Notes: a model not told the origin generated them from the sequence alone. A stretch of 64,000 nt of DNA from an uncultured Acidimicrobiia bacterium (GCA_964347285.1 CAYFYE010000001.1:20931-84930), one strand, 5' to 3'. Counted from the first letter of the stretch, positions 48,185-58,353 are shown. Made by a program: numbers and translations.

Positions 48185-49069
48185 ATGGACCTCGCCGGTG
48201 GCATCGACGAGTTCCTCGCCGCGCTGGCCACGGAACGAGGTCTGGCACCCAACACGCTCCAGGCCTACCGGCGCGACCTGACCGATTACCTCGAGTTCTG
48301 TCGAGGGGCATGGCCGGACCAGGGGGTCGCCTCTCGCTATCTCAGCCATCTCCACGATCGGGGCCTGGCGGCCACCACGGTGGCCCGGCGGGTGGCCGCC
48401 GTTCGGGGCCTGCACCGCTTCCTCGTTGCCGAAGGCCTGGCCGGTGATGACCCGACCGTGTTGCTGGATTCCCCCCGCCGGCCTCGGGCACTGCCCAAGG
48501 CGCTGACGTATCAGGAAGTCGAGAGATTGCTGGCCGGGCCCGATCCCACCGAGCCCCTCGGCCGTCGAGACAGTGCCCTGCTGGAGTTCCTCTATGGGAC
48601 CGGGGCCCGGGTGAGTGAGGCGGTGGCGCTCGATCTCATCGATCTCGAGCTCGAGGAACACACGGTTCTCCTGACCGGCAAGGGAGGCCGGCAGCGGGTG
48701 GTGCCACTTGGTGCCTATGCGGTAGAAGCCATCACGAGCTACCTTCCCGCTCGAAGGGCGCTGGTCGGTGAAAAGCGAGATCCGGGCGCCGCGTTCGTCA
48801 ACGCCCGAGGAAGGCGACTCACCCGTCAGGGGGTGTGGACGATCGTGCAGGGTCAGGCCCGACGAGCCGGCCTTCCTCCGGAGCGGATCTCACCGCACGT
48901 ACTGCGGCACTCGGCGGCCACCCACATGGTGGAAGGGGGCGCCGACCTGAGAACCGTTCAAGAAATGCTCGGGCACGCTAGCATTAGCACCACTCAGGTA
49001 TACACGTTGGTTTCGCCGCGACACCTCTATGAGGTGTACGTTTCTTGCCACCCACGCAGCCGGATATGA
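48185..49069 (+). CDS. xerD: site-specific tyrosine recombinase XerD
   Basis: R...HxxR...Y catalytic residues (HVLRHSAATHM, LGHASISTTQVY). Confidence 0.87.
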   Translation: MDLAGGIDEFLAALATERGLAPNTLQAYRRDLTDYLEFCRGAWPDQGVASRYLSHLHDRGLAATTVARRVAAVRGLHRFLVAEGLAGDDPTVLLDSPRRPRALPKALTYQEVERLLAGPDPTEPLGRRDSALLEFLYGTGARVSEAVALDLIDLELEEHTVLLTGKGGRQRVVPLGAYAVEAITSYLPARRALVGEKRDPGAAFVNARGRRLTRQGVWTIVQGQARRAGLPPERISPHVLRHSAATHMVEGGADLRTVQEMLGHASISTTQVYTLVSPRHLYEVYVSCHPRSRI

Positions 49070-49416
49070 GTACGACCGTGGACGCCGAGAGCGCCAAAGA
49101 GAAGCTCCTTGCCGAGCGAGAGAAGCTCATCCACCAGCTTGCCGAGCTGGGGGCCACTCCGAGTGGTGAATTGCGCAGTGACGTCGACCTGGGCGAGGGC
49201 TTCGCCGACGCAGCCGCCATCACTGCCGAGCGGACCGAGCGACTCGGCCTGGTCGAATCGCTGAAGTCGACGTTGGATTCGATCGACTCGGCCCTCGGCC
49301 ACATCGAAGACGGGACGTACGGCATCTGCCAGAACTGTGGCAAACAGATAGACGGGGCCCGCATGGAGGCCCGGCCGGCGGCGCGCTTTTGCGTCGACTG
49401 CAAGTCCAAGCAGTAG
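49066..49416 (+). CDS. TraR/DksA family C4-type zinc-finger protein
   Basis: ATG overlapping xerD stop (ATGA); CQNCGKQI...CVDCKS. Confidence 0.65.
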   Translation: MSTTVDAESAKEKLLAEREKLIHQLAELGATPSGELRSDVDLGEGFADAAAITAERTERLGLVESLKSTLDSIDSALGHIEDGTYGICQNCGKQIDGARMEARPAARFCVDCKSKQ

Positions 49417-49435
49417 GCCTCCTCGTCTTCGCACG

Positions 49436-50062
49436 ATGATCGTCGACAACGCATTCCTCGACGCAGTGCTGTTCGTTGCCCTCCTGATCCCGTCGATCAT
49501 CTTCCATGAAGTGGCCCACGGCGTGGTGGCTCTGCGCCTGGGCGACCCGACCGCCCGCCAGGCGGGACGGCTGACCCTCAACCCGGTTCCCCACATCGAC
49601 CCCTTCGGATCGATCATCTTGCCGGGATTGCTCGCTCTAGGCGGATTGACGGTCTTCGGCTGGGCCAAGCCGGTCCCGGTGGTGCCCCGCTTCTTCCGTA
49701 ATCCCACCGCCGGCATGGCGGCGGTGGGCCTGGTGGGGCCGGCCACCAATCTGATCCTGGCGGCGGTCACCGGCCGAATCCTGCTGGCCGTCCTCGAACC
49801 GAGCGGCACCATGCTCCGGGTGCTGGTGGTGTTCGCCCTGCTGAACGTGGTATTGGCCGTGTTCAACCTCCTTCCGATCCCGCCCCTCGACGGGAGCAGG
49901 CTGCTGCCCTTGTTCCTGGGCCCGGAGGGGCGCCGGGTGTACGCCCAGGTGGAGCGTTATGGGATCCTCATCATTTTCGCCCTGGTGTTCTTGTGGCGGG
50001 ACGGTTTGGGCAGGCTCATGGGCCCGCCCATCCGGTTTCTGTTGGAGGTGGTCGGGCTGTGA
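49436..50062 (+). CDS. site-2 protease family (M50) zinc metalloprotease
   Basis: HEVAHG HExxH motif, LLPIPPLDG motif; multi-TM. Confidence 0.75.
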   Translation: MIVDNAFLDAVLFVALLIPSIIFHEVAHGVVALRLGDPTARQAGRLTLNPVPHIDPFGSIILPGLLALGGLTVFGWAKPVPVVPRFFRNPTAGMAAVGLVGPATNLILAAVTGRILLAVLEPSGTMLRVLVVFALLNVVLAVFNLLPIPPLDGSRLLPLFLGPEGRRVYAQVERYGILIIFALVFLWRDGLGRLMGPPIRFLLEVVGL

Positions 50063-50586
50063 AGGACTTCGCCGGTCGTATCAAACATCTGGCCGGTCGA
50101 TTCTTCGAAGTACTTTCGGCGCGACCACTGTCTCCCCGCGAACAGGGAGAAGTGGAGGCCCTGCTCAGGCCCGGCGAGCGCGACCTCTTCTGGGAGCAGC
50201 CGGTCGCCGACCAGCGCCATGGGCTGGAAGCGGCCCGCCGGGTATTGGCCGTACGCCCCGGCGATCGGTCGCTGGCCCGGGCCGCACTGCTTCACGACGT
50301 CGGCAAGCGCCATGCCGGTCTGGGAATCATCGGCCGCAGCCTGGCTTCCGGCCTGGAACTCGTGGGTCTTCGGCCCCCGGTGGAGGCGTGGCGGCGCTAC
50401 CTGGACCACGGAGCCCTGGGTGCGGCCGATCTGGAAGCGGTCGGCGCCGAGCCCATTGTGGTGTCCTTTGCCCGCCACCACCATGGGGGGCGGCCCGAAA
50501 GCGTTGGCCCGGAGGATTGGGCGGTGCTGGGGTCGGCCGATCTCGACCAAAAGGCACGGCGCCGTCGGAGCGGCCCAATACACTGA
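50059..50586 (+). CDS. HD domain protein (metal-dependent phosphohydrolase)
   Basis: GTG start overlapping upstream stop; H...HD motif LLHDVGK. Confidence 0.62.
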   Translation: MKDFAGRIKHLAGRFFEVLSARPLSPREQGEVEALLRPGERDLFWEQPVADQRHGLEAARRVLAVRPGDRSLARAALLHDVGKRHAGLGIIGRSLASGLELVGLRPPVEAWRRYLDHGALGAADLEAVGAEPIVVSFARHHHGGRPESVGPEDWAVLGSADLDQKARRRRSGPIH

Positions 50587-50614
50587 CCGGGCCCGGCGGC
50601 CAGGGGAGTCTCTG

Positions 50615-51379
50615 GTGAGCTTTCAGGTCAAGACACCGGTGTTCGAGGGACCTCTCGACCTCCTTCTCCAGCTCATAACGTCTCATCAGCTGGAGATCAC
50701 CGAGCTGAGTCTCAGCGACCTGGTCGCCGAGTATCTGCAAGCCCTCGAGACCATGCAACAGATGGACCTGGAGGTGACCAGCGAGTTCCTTCTCATTGCG
50801 GCCACCTTGATCCAGCTCAAGGCCCGCCATCTGCTGCCGGACGACGCTCAGGTTGATTTGGACGAGGAGCTGGCACTCGCCGAGGAACGGGACCGCCTCC
50901 TGTCCCGGCTGCTGGCCTGCCTGACCTTCAAGGATGTGGCCGCCGTGCTGGCCCACCGCCTCGAAGCCAACCACCGCTATCTGGCCAGGCAGGCCGGCCT
51001 CGATCCCGAGGTCCAGCCCCCGCCCGGCGAGTTGCGGCTCCCCGTCACCGCAGTCGAGCTGGCCCACCTCATGGCCAAGATCGATGCCAGACCGCGCGAC
51101 GTGGAACTCGACCATCTCGAGCTGGATCTGCCGTCGGTCGACCAAGCGATCGCAGATCTGCGCCGGAGGGTGGCCGAAGCGGTCGAGACCGACTTCGGGA
51201 CGCTGACCGCTCATTTGGACCGCCCGATCGAGGTGGTTGCCTACTTCTTGGCCTTGCTCGAGCTGGCCCGCTGGGGCCTGGTCGGCGTCCGCCAGGAGCA
51301 TCGGGAGGCTCACATTGCCGTGACCCATCGGCCCGACGCCATCGACGTCGAAATGACCAGTGAATGGAGCGCCGGATGA
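50615..51379 (+). CDS. scpA: segregation and condensation protein A
   Basis: GTG start behind GGGGAG; FEGPLDLLLQLI signature. Confidence 0.82.
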   Translation: MSFQVKTPVFEGPLDLLLQLITSHQLEITELSLSDLVAEYLQALETMQQMDLEVTSEFLLIAATLIQLKARHLLPDDAQVDLDEELALAEERDRLLSRLLACLTFKDVAAVLAHRLEANHRYLARQAGLDPEVQPPPGELRLPVTAVELAHLMAKIDARPRDVELDHLELDLPSVDQAIADLRRRVAEAVETDFGTLTAHLDRPIEVVAYFLALLELARWGLVGVRQEHREAHIAVTHRPDAIDVEMTSEWSAG

Positions 51380-51954
51380 ATCCGGAGGCCGTGCTCGAGG
51401 CGGTGCTGTTCGTTGCCGAGGAGCCCTTGGCCACCTCCGAGCTGGCCGAGCTGCTCGAGATGCCCAGGGGCCGAGTCCGCAAGGAGCTCGAGGCGCTGGC
51501 CGACACCCTCGAAGCGCGAAGCAGCGGCCTGGTGCTGCGGCAGGTGGGGCGGGGTTGGCGGCTCTACACCCGGCCCGAAGTCCTGCCCTACCTGGAGCGT
51601 TTCGCCCAGTCGGAGCGGGCCTCCACTCTTTCCAAGGCGGCGCTGGAGACTCTGGCGGTGATCGCCTATCGCCAGCCGGTGTCGCGAGGCCAGGTCTCGG
51701 AGATTCGCGGGGTCGACGCCGAGCGGGCCATGCAGACGCTGGAGCGGCGCGGCCTGATCGAGGAAGTGGGGCGGGTGCCCGGTCCCGGTCAGGCCTATCT
51801 GTACGGGACGACCGACCTGTTCCTCGAGAAGATGGGCCTCGCTCGCCTCGACGAACTTCCCCCGCTGGCCGATCACGTGCCGCCCCCCGATGTCGTCGAA
51901 GCCCTGGAGAGACCCTTTCGACCGGAGGAGCCATCGAGCGACTCCAGAAGCTGA
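51376..51954 (+). CDS. scpB: segregation and condensation protein B
   Basis: ATGA overlap with scpA; LEAVLFVAEEPL; wHTH repeats. Confidence 0.85.
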   Translation: MNPEAVLEAVLFVAEEPLATSELAELLEMPRGRVRKELEALADTLEARSSGLVLRQVGRGWRLYTRPEVLPYLERFAQSERASTLSKAALETLAVIAYRQPVSRGQVSEIRGVDAERAMQTLERRGLIEEVGRVPGPGQAYLYGTTDLFLEKMGLARLDELPPLADHVPPPDVVEALERPFRPEEPSSDSRS

Positions 51955-52643
51955 TCGCTCACTCCGGCCTGGCGTCGCGGCGGGCCGCCGAGGAGCTGAT
52001 CCGGGCGGGCCGAGTGACCGTCGACGGAGAGGTGGCCCACCTCGGTCAGAAGATCGATCCGTATCAGGCCCGCGTCGAAGTGGATGGCGTTCCGCTGCCG
52101 ACGCGGCCCGGGCTGGTCTACTACCTGGCCTACAAGCCGCCCGGGGTGGTGAGTACGGTCGATGATCCCCGGGGACGGCCCACCGTGGTGGACTTGGTTC
52201 CCTCCGATCCACCGGTCCATCCAGTAGGACGTCTCGACGCCGACAGCGAAGGCCTCATCGTGCTCACCAACGACGGCGATCTCACCCATCGCGTCACCCA
52301 TCCGCGGTTCGGGGTCACCAAGACGTACCTGGCCCGGGTCGAGGGGCGGCCGGGGCCGCCGGCGCTGCGGCAACTGGTGGAAGGAGTCGAGCTGGAGGAC
52401 GGCCCGGCCCGGGCCCTGTCGGCCCAACTGGTGGACGCCCACGGGCAGGAGGCGCTGGTGGAGTTGGTGATAGGGGAGGGACGGAAGCGGGAGGTCCGGC
52501 GCCTGCTGGCCGCCGTGGGTCATCCGGTGGTGGGGCTGGTGCGAATCGCCGTGGGGCCGATCCGGGATCGATCGCTGCGGCCCGGCTCGTGGCGCCCGCT
52601 CACGATGGACGAGGTACGGGCTCTCTACGAAATAGGATCATGA
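51933..52643 (+). CDS. pseudouridine synthase (RluB/RsuA family, S4 plus PseudoU_synth_2)
   Basis: S4 domain IERLQKLIAHSGLASRRAAEELIRAGRVTVDGEV; catalytic VGRLDADSEGL. No canonical start in frame upstream of the S4 domain; 5' end uncertain (ATC 51933 after GGAGGAG, or CTG 51951). First in-frame GTG is 52014. Confidence 0.68.
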   Translation: MERLQKLIAHSGLASRRAAEELIRAGRVTVDGEVAHLGQKIDPYQARVEVDGVPLPTRPGLVYYLAYKPPGVVSTVDDPRGRPTVVDLVPSDPPVHPVGRLDADSEGLIVLTNDGDLTHRVTHPRFGVTKTYLARVEGRPGPPALRQLVEGVELEDGPARALSAQLVDAHGQEALVELVIGEGRKREVRRLLAAVGHPVVGLVRIAVGPIRDRSLRPGSWRPLTMDEVRALYEIGS

Positions 52644-52647
52644 CCGC

Positions 52648-53919
52648 ATGATCACCCGCAGGGTCGTGGCGCCGCCGGGTCGTTTTCGTGCCGAGGTGGA
52701 AGTGCCCGGAGACAAGTCGCTGTCGCACCGGGCCTTGATCATGGCGGCGATGGCCGAAGGCCTGAGCGAGGTCCACAATCTCGGTCCCGGGGGGGATGTG
52801 GCTGCCATGGTCGCCGCTCTCGGGGCGCTGGGCATCGACGTCGCTCCGCCGCTCGTGCGATCGTCGGGCATTTCGGGATGGACGCCACCCGAGGGGGCCA
52901 TCGATGCCGCCAATTCGGCAACGACGCTCCGCCTCCTGGCCGGTGCCGTTGCCGGGCGACCGTTCCAAGTGACTCTGACCGGTGACGCCTCCCTGCGAGG
53001 GCGCCCCATGGAGCGGGTCGCTGAGCCGCTCCGCCGGCTGGGAGCGCGAGCCGAGACCACTGGCGGCGGGGCTCCGGTCACGATCCGGGGCGGGAACCTC
53101 ACCGGCACCGAGGTCGTGCTCGATGTGGCGTCGGCCCAAGTGAGGACGGCTTTCGCCCTGGCGGCCCTCCAGGCACAGGGATCTTCGGTGATCGACGGCC
53201 CGGGCGGGTTTCGCGACCATACCGAGCGGAGGCTGGCCGCCCTGGGCCTGGGCGAATGGAAATCGGAGACGGCCTTTCGCATCGACCCGGGCCCGGTTCC
53301 GGTCTCCTCCCACCGGATTCCCGGCGATACGTCTTCCGCAGCCTTTCTCTTGGCGGCGGCGGCGTTGCGCCCCGGCGCCGCCGTGCACGTGCGCGACCTC
53401 ACACTCAACCCCGGCAGGCTGGGCTTCGTCGAGATACTCGCCGAGATGGGGGCCACGGTCGAAATGACCGAAACCGGCGCCCGCTTCGGCGATCCGATCG
53501 GGGACGTGACGGTGACCGGGGCCGGCCTGGTCGGTGTGACCGTCGCCGATCAGACCGTACCCCGGGCCATCGACGAATTGCCCCTGGTGGCCGTTTTGGG
53601 GGCCGCTGCCGAGGGCACCACGATCATCGAGGGAGCCGGCGAACTGCGCTTCAAAGAGAGCGATCGTCTCGAGGCGACCGCCGCAGCTATTGGGGCGCTG
53701 GGGGGTGGGGTCCGGGTCACCGGGGACGGGCTGGAGGTCACCGGAGGAACGCTCGAGGGCGGCGTGGTGCAGTCGAGGGGAGACCATCGCATTGCCATGG
53801 CGGCCGCCGTTGCCGCACTGGCCTGCCCCAGCGGCGTCGTCATCGAGGGAGCCGACGCGGCCGCCGTCTCCTGGCCCGGCTTCTACGACGTGCTGGAGCG
53901 GGCATGGTCATCGCAGTAG
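52648..53919 (+). CDS. aroA: 3-phosphoshikimate 1-carboxyvinyltransferase (EPSP synthase)
   Basis: 423 aa; GDKS, LGNSGT-like, RPMERV motifs. Confidence 0.9.
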   Translation: MITRRVVAPPGRFRAEVEVPGDKSLSHRALIMAAMAEGLSEVHNLGPGGDVAAMVAALGALGIDVAPPLVRSSGISGWTPPEGAIDAANSATTLRLLAGAVAGRPFQVTLTGDASLRGRPMERVAEPLRRLGARAETTGGGAPVTIRGGNLTGTEVVLDVASAQVRTAFALAALQAQGSSVIDGPGGFRDHTERRLAALGLGEWKSETAFRIDPGPVPVSSHRIPGDTSSAAFLLAAAALRPGAAVHVRDLTLNPGRLGFVEILAEMGATVEMTETGARFGDPIGDVTVTGAGLVGVTVADQTVPRAIDELPLVAVLGAAAEGTTIIEGAGELRFKESDRLEATAAAIGALGGGVRVTGDGLEVTGGTLEGGVVQSRGDHRIAMAAAVAALACPSGVVIEGADAAAVSWPGFYDVLERAWSSQ

Positions 53920-54581
53920 ACGGACCGGGCGGGGTCGGGAAATCCACGATCAGCCGGATGGTGGCGGCGATGACCGGCCGGCACCACCTCGACACCGGAG
54001 CCTTCTACCGGGCCGCCACGCTGGCGGTGCTGCGGGCCGGGGTCGGAGCGGACGATCCGGCTGGGGTGATCGCCGTGGTGGAGGGCGTCGACATTGATTT
54101 CGCCGGGGGAAGGGCGCTGCTGGACGGTGTGGACGTGACCGAGGACATTCGCAGTCCGGGAGTGACCGCGGCGGTGAGCGCAGTGTCGGCCATTCCCGAG
54201 CTGCGCCGCCTGTTGGTGAAGCGCCAGCGCAGCTGGGTGGATCGAGTGGAGGGCCGGGCGGTGGTCGAGGGCCGAGACATCGGCACGGTGGTTTTTCCCC
54301 AGGCGCCGGTGAAGGTGTTTCTGACCGCCCGGCCCGAGATCCGGGCCGCCCGCCGGGCCGCGGACGCCGAAGCGGCCGATCGCGATGAGGCCGACATCGC
54401 TTCCGACCTGGCCCGCCGGGACCGCCTTGATTCGAGCCGGGAGGCCTCGCCGCTTCGCCCGGCCGAGGATGCGGTGGTCATCGACACTTCCGAGTTGGGC
54501 GTGGCCGACGTGCTGGCTCGGGTCCTCGAGCTGGTCGAGGCCTCAGAGGACGGCGGCCGAGCCCGCTCCGATCAGCTCTAG
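53904..54581 (+). CDS. cmk: cytidylate kinase
   Basis: MVIAVDGPGGVGKSTISRMVA P-loop; 16-nt overlap with aroA. Confidence 0.85.
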   Translation: MVIAVDGPGGVGKSTISRMVAAMTGRHHLDTGAFYRAATLAVLRAGVGADDPAGVIAVVEGVDIDFAGGRALLDGVDVTEDIRSPGVTAAVSAVSAIPELRRLLVKRQRSWVDRVEGRAVVEGRDIGTVVFPQAPVKVFLTARPEIRAARRAADAEAADRDEADIASDLARRDRLDSSREASPLRPAEDAVVIDTSELGVADVLARVLELVEASEDGGRARSDQL

Positions 54582-55607
54582 CGCCTCGGCGGCGCTCCAG
54601 GATCGGTCGCCGTCGAGCGGTCCCGGTGCTCCCGGTTTGCGGGCGGCATAGGCCCCTTCGACCGCCCCCTGGAGGGCGGATAGGAAGGCCCGCAACGAAG
54701 GCGGAAGGGGGAAGTACTCGTCTTCGTTTGTCACCCGGAGCTCGTCGACGCCCTCGGTGGGGCCCACCGCCTCGATCACCGCTCGGACCGCTTGATCGGG
54801 GGCCGAGGCTCCGGCGGTCACCCCGACGACGTCGGCGTCGGTCAACCAGGCCGGGTCGATCGTGGCCGGACCGTCGACCCGGTGGGTGTCGGCTCCGGCG
54901 GCCTGGGCCACACGGACCAGGGCCTGGGTGTTCGACGAGTTCTCCGAGCCGACCACCAGCACCACATCGGAGCCCTCGGCCAGCTCCTGAACGGCGGACT
55001 GGCGGTTGGTGGTGGCGTAGCACAGATCGCTCTTGCGGGCCGTCCACAGCTGCGGAAAGCGATGGCGGGCCTCGCTCAGGATCCCTTTCCATTCGTACAG
55101 CCCCAGGGTGGTTTGGGCCACCAGGGCGACCTTGGAATCATCGGCGGCGCTGAAGTCGTCCAGCCCGGTCTCCAGATCGACCAGGGTCACCGCCTCCGGG
55201 GCTTCGGCGATGGTCCCCACCGCCTCATCGTGTCCCTCGTGGCCGACGTAGATGATGTCGAAACCCTCGGCGGCCTTGCGCTTGACCTCGTGATGGACCT
55301 TGGTGACCAGAGGGCACACCGCATCCACCATCACCGCGGCCCGTCCCTCGGCGCCGGCGACGACGTCGGGCGCCGAGCCGTGAGCGCTCAGCATGACCGG
55401 AGAGCCCGGAGGCACGTCGGCGATGTCGTCGACGAACACCACGCCGGCCTTCTCGAAGACCTCGACTACGTCGGCGTTGTGGACGATCTGGTGGTAGCAG
55501 TAGACGGGCGGCTCGAAGACCCCCACCATCCAGGTGAGTGCCTTTATCGCCATCTCGACGCCGGCACAGAAGCCGCGCGGAGCCGCCAACAGCACTTTTC
55601 GGGCCAC
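54543..55607 (-). CDS. ispH: 4-hydroxy-3-methylbut-2-enyl diphosphate reductase
   Basis: MARKVLLAAPRGFCAGVE, conserved Cys ligands; about 35-aa C-terminal extension that convergently overlaps cmk by 39 nt. Confidence 0.86.
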   Translation of the reverse strand: MARKVLLAAPRGFCAGVEMAIKALTWMVGVFEPPVYCYHQIVHNADVVEVFEKAGVVFVDDIADVPPGSPVMLSAHGSAPDVVAGAEGRAAVMVDAVCPLVTKVHHEVKRKAAEGFDIIYVGHEGHDEAVGTIAEAPEAVTLVDLETGLDDFSAADDSKVALVAQTTLGLYEWKGILSEARHRFPQLWTARKSDLCYATTNRQSAVQELAEGSDVVLVVGSENSSNTQALVRVAQAAGADTHRVDGPATIDPAWLTDADVVGVTAGASAPDQAVRAVIEAVGPTEGVDELRVTNEDEYFPLPPSLRAFLSALQGAVEGAYAARKPGAPGPLDGDRSWSAAEALELIGAGSAAVL

Positions 55608-55630
55608 GACGCCATGGTAGGGGCGCGCCG

Positions 55631-57037
55631 GTGGCGTCTACCTATCCTTGGCTGACCGTGTCTTATCCGACCGTTCTCGAGGTAGTGCCCGCCGGCCCTG
55701 CTTCCAAAGCAGGCATCGCAGTCGGCGACGAGCTGGTGGCCGTCAACGGCGTGCGACCCTCCGACATCATCGAGTACCAGCAGCTCGTCGACGAAGCCGA
55801 CATCGAGCTCACCGTGCGTCGCAGTGGCCTGGAGCGGATCATGGAGATCGTTAAGGGCGACGGCGTGCCACTGGGACTGCGCCTCAACGCGTCGATCTTC
55901 GATCGGGTGCAGACCTGCGACAACCACTGTGAGTTCTGCTTCATCTATCAGCTGCCATCGGGTATGCGGCCCTCGCTGTACCTCAAGGACGACGATTACC
56001 GGTTGTCGTTTCTCTACGGCAACTTCACCACGCTGACTCGCTTCACCGAGCTCGACGTGGCCAGGGTGGTCACCGAAAGGCTCGAGCCTCTCTACGTCTC
56101 CATCCACGCCACCGATCCGGCGGTGCGGACCCGGATGCTGCGCAATCGCCGGGGAGCCACCAGCCTGCGCTGGTTGCGGGCGCTGCTCGAGGCGGGCATC
56201 ACCATCCACGGTCAGATTGTCCTGTGCCCGGGAGTCAACGACGGTGACGTACTCGATCGCACCTGCGCCGAGATCGTGGCCCGCTATCCCCGTCTCGCCA
56301 GTGTCGGCGTGGTCCCGTTGGGATTGTCCCGCTTCAACAAGGAGGAGGGCCTGCGGGCCCACACGGGCGCCGAGGCTGCCGCCGATCTCGACCTCATCCA
56401 TTCCTGGCAAGAGGTTGCCCTGGACCGTCTGGGACGGCGCATGTTCTTCGCATCAGACGAGCTCTACCTTCAGGCCGGCTCTGCCATCCCGGGCTCGGAG
56501 ACCTACGAAGACTTCGCCCAGCACGAGAACGGAATCGGCATGGCCCGGGCCTTCTACGACAATCTGGCGGCGCTCGAGGCGGGCGCCCGGCTACCCGGCC
56601 CGGACCGGACGGGGCAGTGGCGGCAGCTCGAGGCGGCTCCGGCCCTGGGCTACCGGGCCGAACGCCTCAATGGCTCGGGCGGGGGCGGCCACGGCCCCGC
56701 GGTCGTGATCACCGGTGAATACGGAACGCAGGTGCTGGAACCGGTGCGACCTCGCCTCGAAGCTCTGGCGGGACGCCCGCTTCGATTGCTGGAGGTGCCC
56801 AATCGTTTCTTCGGGGGGAATGTTGCCGTCGCCGGGCTTCTGGTTGGAAACGACATCAAGAGGGCTCTGGCGGCCGACCGGGAGCCGGCCGGCGTCTACC
56901 TACTCCCCGACGTCACGCTGTCCGGGCATCGGTTCCTCGATGACGTGGCTTTCGAGGAGGTGGCCGGTGCTGCTTCCGCCCCTCTCCGGGCGGTCCCGAC
57001 CAGCGTCGCCGGGCTCATCGGCGGAGCACGAACGTGA
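55631..57037 (+). CDS. radical SAM protein with N-terminal PDZ domain (DUF512 family)
   Basis: GTG start; PDZ VVPAGPASKAGIAVGDELVAVNG; radical-SAM CDNHCEFC (Cx3Cx2C). Confidence 0.7.
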   Translation: MASTYPWLTVSYPTVLEVVPAGPASKAGIAVGDELVAVNGVRPSDIIEYQQLVDEADIELTVRRSGLERIMEIVKGDGVPLGLRLNASIFDRVQTCDNHCEFCFIYQLPSGMRPSLYLKDDDYRLSFLYGNFTTLTRFTELDVARVVTERLEPLYVSIHATDPAVRTRMLRNRRGATSLRWLRALLEAGITIHGQIVLCPGVNDGDVLDRTCAEIVARYPRLASVGVVPLGLSRFNKEEGLRAHTGAEAAADLDLIHSWQEVALDRLGRRMFFASDELYLQAGSAIPGSETYEDFAQHENGIGMARAFYDNLAALEAGARLPGPDRTGQWRQLEAAPALGYRAERLNGSGGGGHGPAVVITGEYGTQVLEPVRPRLEALAGRPLRLLEVPNRFFGGNVAVAGLLVGNDIKRALAADREPAGVYLLPDVTLSGHRFLDDVAFEEVAGAASAPLRAVPTSVAGLIGGART

Positions 57038-58353
57038 GCAGGCTGCCGGTGGTGGCGGTGGTCGGCCGACCCAACGTCGGAAAGTCGACGCTGGTCAATC
57101 GGATCCTGCGACGCCGGGCCGCGGTGGTCGAGGCCCGTCCTGGAGTGACCCGCGACCGCAAGCAGTTCGAGGCGGAATGGGCCGGAGTGCCGTTCATCAT
57201 CGTCGATACCGGCGGCTGGGAGGTGCGCGGCGAGGGGCTGATCGAGGGGGTGCGAGCCCAAGTGGAGGCGGCCCTCTCGGCCGCCGACGTGGTCCTCTTG
57301 GTCGTCGACGCCCGCACTCCGGTCGACATCGACGACGAAGGAATCGCCCGCATTCTGCGGCGGGCTGGTGTGCCCTGCCTCCTAGTGGCCAACAAGGTCG
57401 ACGGCCCGAAGGACGAAGCCGACCTGGACCGGCTGTGGAAACTGGGCCTCGGACCGCCGATCGGCGTCAGTGCCCTCCACGGCCGCAACACCGGGGACCT
57501 CTTGGACCGCTTGCTAGCCCTCCTTCCGGAGGCGGTACCGGCGCCGGAGCGCAGAGACGATCTGCCCACCCTGGCCATCGTCGGCCGGCCCAACGTCGGC
57601 AAGTCCACGCTGCTCAACCGCCTGGTGGGAGAGGAAAGAGTCCTGGTCTCGCCGGAGCCGGGCACGACTCGCGATGCCGTCGACGAGATTGCCGAGATCG
57701 ACGGGCGGCGCTATCGGCTCGTCGACACCGCCGGCATCCGACGGGCCGCCCGGGTCAAGGAGCCCACCGAGTACTACTCGGTGCTGCGGGCCCATCGCGC
57801 TCTGGCTCGAGCCGATGTGGCGTTGCTGGTCGTGGATGCCGTAGCCGGCTTGACCCATCAGGAGCAGCGGATCGCCGATGAGATCATCGCCGCCGGAGCG
57901 GGAGCGATCGTCCTACTCAACAAGTGGGACGCCGTCTCCGAGGAAGAGAGGGAGGCCACCGAGGATGGGCTGGCCGACCGGCTGGCCTTCATCAGCTGGG
58001 CTCCGGTGTTGCGGATCTCGGCACTGACCGGAGCCCGTCTCAAGCGGCTGGGCGAGGCGATCGAGACCGTGCTCGAGAACCGGGCCCGCCGCATCCCCAC
58101 CCCGGAACTCAATCGAGCCGTCCGTAGCTGGCAAGAACGGCATCCCGCCCCGGTGCGCAAAGGCCGGCGTGGTCGAATCATGTACGCCGTACAGGCGGGT
58201 ACGGAGCCTCCCGCCGTCGTGCTCTTTCTTCGCGGGGGAGAGGTGGGCCCCGACTACCTTCGTTTCTTGGAGAATCGCCTGCGCGCCGAGTACGACTTCA
58301 CCGGCACACCCCTCCAAGTGGTGGGGAGATCGAGGAGGCCGGCCCGTGTCTGA
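57034..58353 (+). CDS. der: ribosome biogenesis GTPase Der (EngA)
   Basis: Two G domains GRPNVGKST (x2), KH-like C-terminus; GTG start overlapping upstream stop. Confidence 0.9.
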   Translation: MSRLPVVAVVGRPNVGKSTLVNRILRRRAAVVEARPGVTRDRKQFEAEWAGVPFIIVDTGGWEVRGEGLIEGVRAQVEAALSAADVVLLVVDARTPVDIDDEGIARILRRAGVPCLLVANKVDGPKDEADLDRLWKLGLGPPIGVSALHGRNTGDLLDRLLALLPEAVPAPERRDDLPTLAIVGRPNVGKSTLLNRLVGEERVLVSPEPGTTRDAVDEIAEIDGRRYRLVDTAGIRRAARVKEPTEYYSVLRAHRALARADVALLVVDAVAGLTHQEQRIADEIIAAGAGAIVLLNKWDAVSEEEREATEDGLADRLAFISWAPVLRISALTGARLKRLGEAIETVLENRARRIPTPELNRAVRSWQERHPAPVRKGRRGRIMYAVQAGTEPPAVVLFLRGGEVGPDYLRFLENRLRAEYDFTGTPLQVVGRSRRPARV

